A stretch of DNA of 46,856 nucleotides from an uncultured bacterium (GTDB taxonomy: Bacteria; CSSED10-310; CAZUFC01): contig CAZUFC010000066.1 in the NCBI GenBank assembly GCA_964619725.1, positions 1 to 46,856 of the forward strand, given 5' to 3'. Position numbers and translations under genes: made by a program. Of this stretch, positions 35,422-45,392 are shown piece after piece. How positions within the stretch are numbered: the first letter of the stretch is position 1; each line of letters starts with the position of its first letter. The notes under the pieces are model-generated. The model was not told where the DNA came from. It did not search any database and was given only the letters and a program-made list of their open reading frames with translations.

Positions 35422-37464
35422 ATGAGTTCTCGATCTGACGGGCGCGGAAAAAACAGGCAAATAAGCGGAAAGCTTGAGTCTACGAGTATTCCTGAGCTGT
35501 TTTTTCTGGCACATGATTGGAAAATAACAGGAATGCTTTATGTCAAGCATGAAGACCGGAAGAAGGGTTTTTATTTTCAGAATGAAAAGTATATTTATGC
35601 TATTTCGAACGATCCTGCGGAGCAACTGACAAGGTTTTTGATCGACAGCGGGGCTATTTCAAAGAAGGACGTCATGACAGCAAAGCGGGAATGCGATAAT
35701 CCGATAGAAGAGGTCAATTTGCTTGTGAAGCGCGGTCGCATATCCGAGATGGAGGTTCGATGGTGGACGAAGATATGGTTGCGTGAAGTAACGTTTAATA
35801 CTTTTCCCTGGACCAGCGGAAAATACAAATTTAATGTGGGTAAAGCTGCGCCGCCCGGTGCGATAGTCGAGTCGATCGATATAATTGATTTGCTGTATAA
35901 GATGTTAAGGCAGGTAAATGATGTAGAGCTGATAAAGAGGTGGCTGGGTTCGTTCGACCAGGTGCCGGAGCTGCAATCGAAAGCGCAGAAGGAAATGATG
36001 GCCCTCGATACCGATTTTTCGGCATTTGAAGAGTATTTGCTTACATCCATAGACGGTAAAAAATCGCTGAAGGATATTATGAGTCTGGCGGGACAAAAAA
36101 GGCTGATTGCCTTGAAATTCATTTATTATGCCGTCATCACCGGTTTTATTGAATTAAAAACCATAGTCGAAGAAAGTGTTCCGGAAACGAGAAGCGCGAA
36201 AGAGGAGGAGCTGAATATATCGTGGAAGGAATTATCCTCGGTCAAATTGACGCAGGATGATCTGAATAAGATAAGAGAGAGTCAGGAGAAGGAAGAGGAA
36301 GAAGAAAGAGCGGACATTTCGATGTCGGCGAAAACAAGTTATTTTCGAGACGGCCGGGAAGTGAAGGATGATGAGGCTCTTAGCGGAGGAATCGACCCTG
36401 GAGCGCTGAAAGATAAAGCCAGAATTCCTGAGAGCGAGAACGAGAAGATATCTGAGGACAAGGTGATTTACATCATTGACGGTGAAGAAATCGATGGCGA
36501 ATCGGTTTATCTGATTGATCACAGAGGCAGCCGGCAGCAGGAAGAAACGGACGTCAAGAGAAAATCGATCGAGGATATGTGGGAAGAATGGTTGAAAAAG
36601 CACGATGAGCAGCAGAAAGGCGAAGAGTATAGTGAACCTGGAGAGGTTGAGGCTCGATGGTTGGAATGGATTGAATATGAAAACGAAAAGAAAATGCTGG
36701 AAGAGCAGAAGCGGCAATTGGAGCATGAGGAGAAATCCAGGGAAGCATCCGAAAGGGATTCGGACTCCGTTGAAACATTTGAAGATAAACTCAAGCTTTT
36801 GGAATATCGCAAAAAACAGGACATCATAAATTGGTACAGAAGAAGCAAGATATTGAATTACTATGAATTGATGTGCATCGGCGAAAATGCTGAAAAAGAA
36901 GAGATCGATTCTGCCTATCAGCATTGGAATTCTCAGTTCAATCCCGATAAAAAGATATTGAAAACTCTGGGACCTCTGGGAGATTTGCTGGTTGAACTTC
37001 ATGATAAAATTGAAGAGGTATACGATACGCTTTCCGATCCCGAAAAACGGAGCGAATATGATAAACTGCTTGAACAGAAACGGCGGCAGCAGTTATTGAC
37101 TGAGGAGAGAAAACAAGCAATGGCTGAGAATAACTTTATAGCCGCCAAAAAGATGCTTGAGCGGGAGGACATCCGAAGTTCTATTGATTATTGCCGTGCA
37201 GCAATCAGTTTAAATTCCAAAAAGCCGGAATTTTACCGGTTTTATGGAGAGATATTATCCAGCAATCCCAAATGGCGATGGGAAGCAATGAAAAATTTGA
37301 ACAAGGCCATTAAGCTGGAACCGACGAATTCCTCATTTTATATTGATATAGGACGGGTTTTCTCTCAAATGGGACAAAAAAGTTTAGCCAGAAAGGCGTT
37401 CAAAATGAGCATTAGATTTCAGCCGAACAATCCGGAAGCGCTTTTGGAGCTGAACAAGCTGTGA
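35422..37464 (+). CDS. DUF4388-like / acidic linker / J-like domain / TPR protein
   Basis: SGKLESTSIPELF...TGMLYV...FYFQ..., F.W.SGKYKF; NYYELM...EEI..AY...FNPDK...YDTLSDPEKRSEYD; C-terminal TPR-type repeats. Confidence 0.8.
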   Translation: MSSRSDGRGKNRQISGKLESTSIPELFFLAHDWKITGMLYVKHEDRKKGFYFQNEKYIYAISNDPAEQLTRFLIDSGAISKKDVMTAKRECDNPIEEVNLLVKRGRISEMEVRWWTKIWLREVTFNTFPWTSGKYKFNVGKAAPPGAIVESIDIIDLLYKMLRQVNDVELIKRWLGSFDQVPELQSKAQKEMMALDTDFSAFEEYLLTSIDGKKSLKDIMSLAGQKRLIALKFIYYAVITGFIELKTIVEESVPETRSAKEEELNISWKELSSVKLTQDDLNKIRESQEKEEEEERADISMSAKTSYFRDGREVKDDEALSGGIDPGALKDKARIPESENEKISEDKVIYIIDGEEIDGESVYLIDHRGSRQQEETDVKRKSIEDMWEEWLKKHDEQQKGEEYSEPGEVEARWLEWIEYENEKKMLEEQKRQLEHEEKSREASERDSDSVETFEDKLKLLEYRKKQDIINWYRRSKILNYYELMCIGENAEKEEIDSAYQHWNSQFNPDKKILKTLGPLGDLLVELHDKIEEVYDTLSDPEKRSEYDKLLEQKRRQQLLTEERKQAMAENNFIAAKKMLEREDIRSSIDYCRAAISLNSKKPEFYRFYGEILSSNPKWRWEAMKNLNKAIKLEPTNSSFYIDIGRVFSQMGQKSLARKAFKMSIRFQPNNPEALLELNKL

Positions 37465-37560
37465 ACTATATTCGATTTTGAAATGCATCGGCCTGAACGC
37501 GGATGAATCAATCGAATATTTTTATTAATCAGGAACGATCAGAAGAGGGAATATGTACGA

Positions 37561-40500
37561 ATGCGAATTATCATACTTGCATTATTGGGGATAATAGTTT
37601 TCAACGGTGAAGCGGCGGGCATCCGTCACGATATGACGATTGAACTTCTGCCTGAGAAGGGGAAGATAAAGGTAACAGACGAGATAACGAACATAGAGCG
37701 GGAGGTCGGCGATGAGCTTTTATTTGAGCTTAACGGCGCTTTGGATGTAGAGATAAAGGAACCCAGGAGTGCGAGATTAGAGACTACGGACAACGGCAGC
37801 GGCGAATCGGGAAGGGCTCCTGTGAAGAAACGGCGCATAAGAGTAAAAGGCAGTGGAGATGCAGGGGATCGAATAGCGCTGGAATATCAAGGCCTTATAA
37901 AGGATGCTCCGAAAATGGAGGGCGGCGAGTATGCCCGGGGATTTGCGGAGAGTTGGGGATATATCGGTCCCGAAGGCGTATCGTTATCGCCGCAATCCTT
38001 TTGGTATCCGGTATTCGGAGACGAAATGACGACTTTTCGGCTGAAAGTTCGCTGCCCTGAGGGTTGGCGGGCTGTGAGTCAGGGAAAGATGGGGCAGGCC
38101 GCGAGTGAAGAGGAGAACATTGTTGTTTGGGAGCAAAATAAACCCAATGACGGAATTTATTTAACGGCCGGCAGGTATGTTTATTATGAAAAACAATCTG
38201 AGTATCCGGAGGTGGTCGCTCAAGTGTTTTTACGTGAAAAAGACGATGAACTGGCAAAGAAATACCTGGATGCGACTCACAGATATATTCAAATGTATTC
38301 GGAGCTCATTGGGACTTATCCTTATTCGAAGTTTGCGTTGGTTGAAAATTTTTGGGAAACGGGCTATGGAATGCCTTCTTTCACATTGCTGGGTCCCCGG
38401 GTCTTGCGTTTTCCTTTTATTCTCCGGAGTTCCTATCCGCACGAGATTCTGCATAACTGGTGGGGCAACGGAGTATTCACGGATTATGAGAAGGGGAACT
38501 GGTGTGAAGGGATAACGGCTTACCTGGCTGATCATCTGATGAAGGAAAACGAAGGCAGTGCCTGGGATTATCGAAAGGATACGCTGAAAAAATATATGGA
38601 TTTCGTCGGAGAAGAACGGGATTTTCCTCTAAGGGACTTCAGGTCCAGGCATGATCCTGCAACCGAATCGATCGGGTATGGAAAGGCGCTGATGGTTTTC
38701 CATATGCTGAGAATTATGATGGGGGATGAATTGTTTGTAAATGCGCTCAAGATTTTTTATGAGGAACATCTGGGAAAGAGGGCGGCCTGGGAGGATGTTC
38801 AGGTCGTTTTTGAAAAGACGTCGGGTAAAGATTTGGAGTGGTTTTTTTCTCAATGGATTGATCGAACGGGAGCGTCTGAACTGGAGATGTCTCAACCTGT
38901 CATAACCCCGAGTAAAGATGGTTTTTCGTTCAAATTTACAGTGCAACAGAAGCAGAAAAGGCTGTTTCGACTGAAAGCGCCTCTTATGCTGTCGATACCA
39001 GGGGAGGAGATTCCCAGAGAGTATTTTTTAGACCTGGAAGACCGTGAGGAAACGATAGAAATTGAACTGCCGGCAGAGCCTTCCTGCTTCGCTTTAGACC
39101 CGCGTTATGATGTCTTTCGAATGTTGGGGGAAGATGAGTTATTTCCCTCGCTCAGCGGCATCTTCGGAGCTGAAAGAACCTCATTCGTTTTTCCTGCTGC
39201 CGAAGATTCACATTTGATTGATGGGTATAAAATGATGGCTGGGGCCTGGTCTGCAGGAAAAAAGGAACGTGCCGAGATAGTTGAAGAGTTCGACGCAAGC
39301 GACGCGAATCAGTTCAAGGGCCGATCAGTTTGGGTTTTAGGACGTTCTAACAGTGTTCTTAGACGAATTGAGGATAATTTCAGAAAGAAAAAAATTAGAC
39401 TCAGCAATGAAGGCGTATGTATCGAGGATAAATTATATGAATGGGCGGACCATTCGTTCGTTGCTGCGTTTGAAAGCCCTTTCGACAATGAAGAAACGAT
39501 CGTCTGGGTTGCGCTCGGAAACCCTGAAGCGGCAGCGGGTTTAGCCCGTAAAATCCCCCATTACTCTAAATACGGCATGCTGATATTTGAGGGGGTCGCT
39601 CCCGACAACATTTACAAAGCAAAATGGGATACGTCGGTAAATTTTCAATTCAAATTCGACAGGGAAGCATTAGCCGGCCCGGATAATGTTTATGATAGCC
39701 GAAGTTTGATGAAGCATGTTCGATTTCTGGCTTCCGAAGAGCTGGAAGGCAGAGGAGTCGGTTCGGAAGGGCTGAAGAAGGCGACTGAGTATGCGGCAGA
39801 AAAGTTTAAATCAATGGGGCTGAAGCCCGCAGGAGAATACGGAGCTTATTTCCAGAATTTCAACGTTCCCGGACCCCAAGGAAAATCCCTGAGCTGCCGC
39901 AACATTATCGGCGTATTGGAAGGCTCCTGTGCTGAGCTGAAAGAGCAATCCGTCGTCCTGGCCGCACACATCGATCATCTCGGCAGAGGGTGGCCTGATG
40001 TTCGAGCGGGTAACGAGGGAAAAATACATCCGGGTGCAGACGACAATGCGTCAGGAGTCGCGGTCGTTTTAGAAACCGCCCGATATTTTTCAAAAAAAGA
40101 AAGAAATGAAAGAAGCATTATTTTTGCGATTTTCTCCGCCGAAGAATGCGGCGCTCTGGGTTCGCAATTTTATGTGGAAAACCCGCCTGAAGAATATCCT
40201 GTGCACGGAATATGCTCAGTCATCAATCTCGATTCAGTCGGAAGACTCGAAGAAGGAAGGCTTCTTCTTCTCGGAACAGGTTCATCGGATCGCTGGGAAC
40301 AATTGGCGCAAAATTCAGCTTCTGCTGTTGATCTTGAGATTCAAACCGTTACTGAGGACCCCGGCGGATCGGATCAGATATCTTTTATTAAAAAGGAAAG
40401 GCCGGCGGTTCAATTTTTTACCGGACCTCATCAGGATTACAACCGACCGTCAGACACGTGGAATAAAATCGATGATGACGGACTGGTCAAGATTGCCGAT

Positions 40501-40866
40501 TTCACGGTCAATATGATCGAAGTTCTGGCAAATCTTGAATATCCCTTGACCTTTAGTCCCGATGCCGCCGACATCCCCGCTCGACATAAAGGCGGCCCTC
40601 ATCGACAATCGTCTCTGGGGATCGTTCCTGATTTTGCTTTCGCAGGTCCTGGGGTTAAGATTAAGGGTGCAGTCGAGGGTTCTCCTGCTGATAAGGCTGG
40701 TTTGATCGAAAACGACGTTATTCTGGAAATAGATTCCAGGCCGGTAGAAAATTTGAAGTCGCTCAGTGATGCTTTAAAACAAAAGAATCCAGGGGATACC
40801 ATCAATATTAAATTGTTAAGGGAACAAAATTACGTTAATATCGCAGTCGTACTGGTTGGTCGTTGA
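37561..40866 (+). CDS. Exported M1 aminopeptidase + M28 peptidase + PDZ fusion
   Basis: HEILH-X18-E and GYGK (M1); AHIDHLG, GADDNASG, AEE, NLDSVG, SDQ (M28); LGIVPDF...GSPADKAGL..NDVI (PDZ). Confidence 0.9.
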   Translation: MRIIILALLGIIVFNGEAAGIRHDMTIELLPEKGKIKVTDEITNIEREVGDELLFELNGALDVEIKEPRSARLETTDNGSGESGRAPVKKRRIRVKGSGDAGDRIALEYQGLIKDAPKMEGGEYARGFAESWGYIGPEGVSLSPQSFWYPVFGDEMTTFRLKVRCPEGWRAVSQGKMGQAASEEENIVVWEQNKPNDGIYLTAGRYVYYEKQSEYPEVVAQVFLREKDDELAKKYLDATHRYIQMYSELIGTYPYSKFALVENFWETGYGMPSFTLLGPRVLRFPFILRSSYPHEILHNWWGNGVFTDYEKGNWCEGITAYLADHLMKENEGSAWDYRKDTLKKYMDFVGEERDFPLRDFRSRHDPATESIGYGKALMVFHMLRIMMGDELFVNALKIFYEEHLGKRAAWEDVQVVFEKTSGKDLEWFFSQWIDRTGASELEMSQPVITPSKDGFSFKFTVQQKQKRLFRLKAPLMLSIPGEEIPREYFLDLEDREETIEIELPAEPSCFALDPRYDVFRMLGEDELFPSLSGIFGAERTSFVFPAAEDSHLIDGYKMMAGAWSAGKKERAEIVEEFDASDANQFKGRSVWVLGRSNSVLRRIEDNFRKKKIRLSNEGVCIEDKLYEWADHSFVAAFESPFDNEETIVWVALGNPEAAAGLARKIPHYSKYGMLIFEGVAPDNIYKAKWDTSVNFQFKFDREALAGPDNVYDSRSLMKHVRFLASEELEGRGVGSEGLKKATEYAAEKFKSMGLKPAGEYGAYFQNFNVPGPQGKSLSCRNIIGVLEGSCAELKEQSVVLAAHIDHLGRGWPDVRAGNEGKIHPGADDNASGVAVVLETARYFSKKERNERSIIFAIFSAEECGALGSQFYVENPPEEYPVHGICSVINLDSVGRLEEGRLLLLGTGSSDRWEQLAQNSASAVDLEIQTVTEDPGGSDQISFIKKERPAVQFFTGPHQDYNRPSDTWNKIDDDGLVKIADFTVNMIEVLANLEYPLTFSPDAADIPARHKGGPHRQSSLGIVPDFAFAGPGVKIKGAVEGSPADKAGLIENDVILEIDSRPVENLKSLSDALKQKNPGDTINIKLLREQNYVNIAVVLVGR

Positions 40867-40925
40867 AACTTGAAGCCAAAAAGCCGATTACCGGTTGATC
40901 GACGCATGAAAGGGAGTTATGATTC

Positions 40926-41525
40926 ATGAAAAACGAAAATAAAACCGCTGATCATCCCGACTTGAATAATCACGTTAGTATCGCTTACAGACTCAATCGA
41001 ATCAGAAAAGAAAGGAAAATGACTCTTGAAGAGCTGGCCGAAGCTTCCGGATTGTCAGAATCGCTACTGTCAAAAATTGAAAATAACCTGGTTTCTCCGC
41101 CCATCGCTACTTTGCTGAAATTGTCAAAAGCTCTGGGTGTGAACATCTCCTTCTTCTTCAACATGAAAGAAAAAGAAAACAAGCCTTTCGTGCTGACCCC
41201 TCGAGATCGCAGAGAAACTCTGCATCGAAGCGGAGGCGAATACGGTTATTCATACCAGCTCTTGGCTCCCGGTAAAAAAGATAAAAACATGGAACCCTTT
41301 TTCATTCGATTCAGCAACAAAAGAAAAGGCGCACTTTTTCGTCATGAAGGTGAGGAGTTCCTTTTTCTTGTTAAAGGCGTACTGGAATATACGGTCGGAG
41401 ATGAAAAAGCGCTTCTTCATCCAGGCGATACCATATACATCGATTCGGACGTTCATCACCGGATTCGATGCTTAAGCGATGAACCGGCCGAAGCCATTGC
41501 CGTCGTATTCTCGCCTTCTTCATAG
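40926..41525 (+). CDS. XRE-family HTH + cupin transcriptional regulator (PuuR-like)
   Basis: MTLEELAEASGLSESLLSKIENN..SPPIATL; HEGEEF, GDTIYIDSDVHH. Confidence 0.9.
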   Translation: MKNENKTADHPDLNNHVSIAYRLNRIRKERKMTLEELAEASGLSESLLSKIENNLVSPPIATLLKLSKALGVNISFFFNMKEKENKPFVLTPRDRRETLHRSGGEYGYSYQLLAPGKKDKNMEPFFIRFSNKRKGALFRHEGEEFLFLVKGVLEYTVGDEKALLHPGDTIYIDSDVHHRIRCLSDEPAEAIAVVFSPSS

Positions 41526-41864
41526 ACGCCTTATTCCTATTCATGCAGAAATTATTCCATATTTTTAGCGGATGGATCAGATTTTTACGGATGATGATTT
41601 CAATATGAAATGTTGTGCGGAGCCTCACGGTCAAGATAAAGCAAATTTCGGGACCGACCCATCAGGAATACAGTTTCCATAAATCTCTTCTTCTATTATT
41701 CGTGATTCGCGTGATCCAGGGTTGCCGAAGGCCCAATAAATCATTAAGCGGAATGTCGTATCGCTTTCGAAGCATCCGCTTACATCCTTACGCAGCGAAA
41801 GCGCTTTTTAATTTCGCATTGAATACAGGAAGCTTGTGAATGAATTGTTTCCAAATTACCTCGA

Positions 41865-42242
41865 TTAATAGGTTCGGGCCGATTTCCTCATGTCCTCTTT
41901 TTTTTCCTGTTCCTTTTTGCATTCGATACAAAGCGAGGCGACAGGTCTGGCATCGAGTCTTTTAAAACCTATTTCGGAGCCGCATTCTTCACAATACCCG
42001 AAATCACCGCTGTCGATTTTTCTAATGGTAGAGTTGATTTTGTTAATCAGTTTTTTTTCTCGATTGCGGATTCGTGCGACAAAAGCTCTATCTGTTTCAT
42101 CTGCGGCGCGGTCAATGAAATCCCTGTGGATTTCAGAAGATTGGAATTCACCGCCTTCGATAGCTCTGGTCGCCTCCTGAATTAATTTGGTTCTCCAGTC
42201 GATCAGTTTTTTCCTGAAGTATTCCAATTTCTCTTTATCCAT
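41865..42242 (-). CDS. dksA: RNA polymerase-binding transcription factor DksA
   Basis: DFIDRA (DxxDxA), RERKL-like RNREKKLI, CEEC...RLDARP...LCIEC. Confidence 0.92.
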   Translation of the reverse strand: MDKEKLEYFRKKLIDWRTKLIQEATRAIEGGEFQSSEIHRDFIDRAADETDRAFVARIRNREKKLINKINSTIRKIDSGDFGYCEECGSEIGFKRLDARPVASLCIECKKEQEKKEDMRKSARTY

Positions 42243-42370
42243 TTTTTTGCCTCATTTCAAAGTTCTCTTCTCACAACATCTATACAAGAAACTAGATGAC
42301 CGTAACGAATCGGTCATAGACAAATATTATTAACATAAAAATGAGCAATAAATCAAGAGATTAATGAAGA

Positions 42371-43261
42371 TTAGCTCAGCCGGGCGCGGGGATTTTCGAG
42401 TCGGCTGATGATTTTGAGCAGCAATTTAGCGGCTGTGAATTCAGAAATTCTATTGTCTGGCAGGGGCTTAAGTTCCATGATGTCAAAGCCTGCTATTTTT
42501 TTATGAGCGATCAAGCCGTCCAGAAGGAAAAGCATCTCCTGCCAGGAGAAGCCTCCGGGTTCCGGCGTTCCGACTCCAGGAATAACGGAAGGGTCGAAAA
42601 CGTCCAGGTCAATGGAGATGTATACAGTTTCTCTAAGACGATTTAGAAGCTCGTTTCTGATTGAGTGAATATTTTTTTTGTTTTCCGAGGTAGCGGGCAA
42701 CAAGCGGATGCGTTTTGAATTTTCAGCAAAAGCCCATTCTTCGGCGCTTATGCTTCTGATGCCGACGCAAACGGTGGGACATAATTCGCTGATTCTTCTG
42801 GCGGTGCAGGCGTGGCTGAAGGGAGAGCCCTGGTATTGGTTTCTCAGATCGGCATGAGCATCGAAGATAACTGTATCGATTTCCGGGAATTTATTAATAT
42901 AGGCCTGCATGCATGCGATGGAAATCGAATGCTCTCCGCCCAGGGTAATTACCAGTTTATCCAGGTTTAAGTAACGGGAAACGGTTTTCCGTATTATTTT
43001 TAATTGTGTCTCAACGCCTGACTTATCTATCGGCGACGGCGGCAATGTGTAAAACAGACCGTCGGGCGTTTCCCATTTCATTTCCAGATCGAACGTTTCT
43101 ACTTGCGCAGAAGCGGTCAGTAAGCCTGCAGGACCTGCGGAAGCGCCCGTTTCGTAAGAAACCGTTCCCTCATAACCCACCGGATATATGACGTACCGGC
43201 ATTTTTCAAGCGTCTTTTCATTTTCATCAAAACCTAAAAAGGGTACTTTTATTCCATTCAT
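42371..43261 (-). CDS. speB: Agmatinase
   Basis: GGEHSIS, FDAHADLR, SHAC, VGIRS, SIDLDVFDP, GTPEPGG. ATG at 43261 follows GGAG. Confidence 0.88.
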   Translation of the reverse strand: MNGIKVPFLGFDENEKTLEKCRYVIYPVGYEGTVSYETGASAGPAGLLTASAQVETFDLEMKWETPDGLFYTLPPSPIDKSGVETQLKIIRKTVSRYLNLDKLVITLGGEHSISIACMQAYINKFPEIDTVIFDAHADLRNQYQGSPFSHACTARRISELCPTVCVGIRSISAEEWAFAENSKRIRLLPATSENKKNIHSIRNELLNRLRETVYISIDLDVFDPSVIPGVGTPEPGGFSWQEMLFLLDGLIAHKKIAGFDIMELKPLPDNRISEFTAAKLLLKIISRLENPRARLS

Positions 43262-43262
43262 T

Positions 43263-45392
43263 TTAGCTCCCGTTGTCACGATTGTTCTTAGTTTCAGAGG
43301 AGAATTCCTGCAATTTTTTCATCGCATCGTATTTAGCGGGTTCCCAAGCGGGAGCAGAATCTGCGATTTCTTCCAGCAGGCGTTTTGCTTTTTTGCGATT
43401 ATTGAATACGACATCGAGGAGTTCCGCCCATTCGTAACGAAATGTCCATTCTTCCGGGTGATGTTTTATTAAAATTTGATACTGTTCCGCGAGTTCATGA
43501 TATTTTCTTGTGCGCTTGAAGAGTTGAATAAGATTCAAATGGGAGCGTTTGAGTTCTGGAGCTTCTTGGACAGCCTTTTCAAATGCCTTTTTTGCCGGAT
43601 TCAGCATATTATTTTTCGCATAGAGTATTCCGAGTTCGTTAAGCTTCATTGCTCTCGCTCTGGGACTCATATCGGAGGCTTCAGTTTCTTTTTGCAACTT
43701 TTCGATTTGCCGGTTCAGGTTTATGATTTCGGAATGAGATTTCGTAGCTTGCAAGTAATAGTCTAGAATACGGCCCATCAAATAATCATCTCTTAACAGG
43801 GGATTATATATTCCCCGGAAAACGTAATGGCCCCAATTGTCCCATATTTTGAATCGTTCCGTTCCTCTAATGATCCGAAACAATACGCCGTAAGGTTGAA
43901 TGGTATATCCCGGCAAACCTTCCGGAGAACGGTATTCCGAAAAATAAACGTCGTTTCGGGAACGCCTGATTAATTGATATTCAAGCCTGTTGCGCTTTGA
44001 ACCCTTTTCGGGTACTCCCGCGAAAATCAATGATTGAGGCAATATGTCTCCTCCGCGGTGAACGAGTTCAATATCGGGACGTCTGCGTTCGACATATTGA
44101 AGGTAAAGAGTCGTGAATATCTGATTGTCGCGGAGAGTCATCAATATGCCGTTGTGGGACACTGTTTTCAACAAGTTGCTCCCGTAATCGAATGCGATGA
44201 AGTTGCGGCTTTTGTCCTGATGGGCGTAAGAATCGGTCACTTTATATATGAAATAAAATAACAGAACAAAAGCAAGCAGAAGAGGCCCGGTTTTTTTCTG
44301 AAATTTTTTTCGTAATAAATTCAACAGAAAATAAAATGAAATGCTGGAAGAAATGACGACCCCTGTGTAAAACAGCATGAAGTACCTTCTGGTCAGATAT
44401 AGATCATAATAGGAGCCGTGAGAGAATAAAAGAAGAATATTACCGAGGCAGAGAACGCAGACGATATAAAGGAGTTGAACATTCATTCTAATTGAAATAA
44501 TGACTCCTGCAAAAGCCGCCGATCCCAGCAGTATTCCGCTCGCCGTACCCCCGAATTCCTCGCTCAAACTCATCGTCAATCTGCCGACTGCTTTAAAAAG
44601 GTCCTGTCTAGTGCGGATTTCCGATCTACTCCAGAAAGCTTTTCTGGACATTGCATCGACGAAACCCTCCACTGTTTCAGTGTTTTCCCAATCTACCGCC
44701 GGATTTTGCGCTGAGCGAACGGGCATATAAATAAAAATACTGAAACCCAGGATAAAAGATATCGCCGACAGACTCATTCCGACGAAAAAGCGTTTTTTAA
44801 TTGTTTGAAAAGCGAACGGCGCCCATATCAGCATTCCCAAAAGACTTATTAAATGGATTCCGGCCGCGATACCGGAAAGCAAGGATGCCGTCATGACTAG
44901 TCGAAACGATCTCGTTCGTCCGATTCTGAAAGAGAGAAAGACGAACAAAACTATGAAGAATATGTTCAAAGAGTAGACTCGGGAGACTCCGGACTGATAC
45001 CAGAGCGACGATGATAATCCAAGGATGAATGAGACGCTCAGAGCTGGAAGAATTCCGACACAGGAGTAAAGGGTTGCGAAAAGGACCGCCGGCGTTAAGG
45101 CGCTGAAAATAACGGATAGTATGTTTGTGCGAGAGGCGACATTGCCGAATGGAAGAAGCAGTTGGGCGCATTTGGCGATCATGACGTACGATGGATAACC
45201 CGTGGGATGCGGAATTCCTGTCAGATAAGCCGCAGTGATCATATCACCGTCGTCGCCTACGAAAATCGTCGGACAGGATGTCTGTAAATATAATTGAAAA
45301 AAAAATAAAAAAACCAATATGGCCAATAGACTGACAGATTCGCTTCTTCTCATGGAACGTCTCTTTCCAATGCACGGCAATGACGATTTCAC
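43263..45392 (-). CDS. DUF2723 / TMEM260-like GT-C protein, paralogue 4, with C-terminal TPRs (start may be 45353)
   Basis: PTIFVGDDGDM...GIPHPTGYP, RTNILS, RVYSLN, YMPVRS, DKSRN, NELGILYA...AKKAFEKAV. Confidence 0.85.
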   Translation of the reverse strand: MKSSLPCIGKRRSMRRSESVSLLAILVFLFFFQLYLQTSCPTIFVGDDGDMITAAYLTGIPHPTGYPSYVMIAKCAQLLLPFGNVASRTNILSVIFSALTPAVLFATLYSCVGILPALSVSFILGLSSSLWYQSGVSRVYSLNIFFIVLFVFLSFRIGRTRSFRLVMTASLLSGIAAGIHLISLLGMLIWAPFAFQTIKKRFFVGMSLSAISFILGFSIFIYMPVRSAQNPAVDWENTETVEGFVDAMSRKAFWSRSEIRTRQDLFKAVGRLTMSLSEEFGGTASGILLGSAAFAGVIISIRMNVQLLYIVCVLCLGNILLLFSHGSYYDLYLTRRYFMLFYTGVVISSSISFYFLLNLLRKKFQKKTGPLLLAFVLLFYFIYKVTDSYAHQDKSRNFIAFDYGSNLLKTVSHNGILMTLRDNQIFTTLYLQYVERRRPDIELVHRGGDILPQSLIFAGVPEKGSKRNRLEYQLIRRSRNDVYFSEYRSPEGLPGYTIQPYGVLFRIIRGTERFKIWDNWGHYVFRGIYNPLLRDDYLMGRILDYYLQATKSHSEIINLNRQIEKLQKETEASDMSPRARAMKLNELGILYAKNNMLNPAKKAFEKAVQEAPELKRSHLNLIQLFKRTRKYHELAEQYQILIKHHPEEWTFRYEWAELLDVVFNNRKKAKRLLEEIADSAPAWEPAKYDAMKKLQEFSSETKNNRDNGS

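Noticed and set aside
36232-37002. 256-aa minus-strand ORF and the many similar nested ORFs in the track
   Set aside because: Antisense or off-frame shadows of well-supported genes.
41526-41864. Weak GGATCA...TGATCC symmetry and a 74-aa ORF between the regulator and dksA
   Set aside because: Too degenerate to call an element; the ORF has no support.
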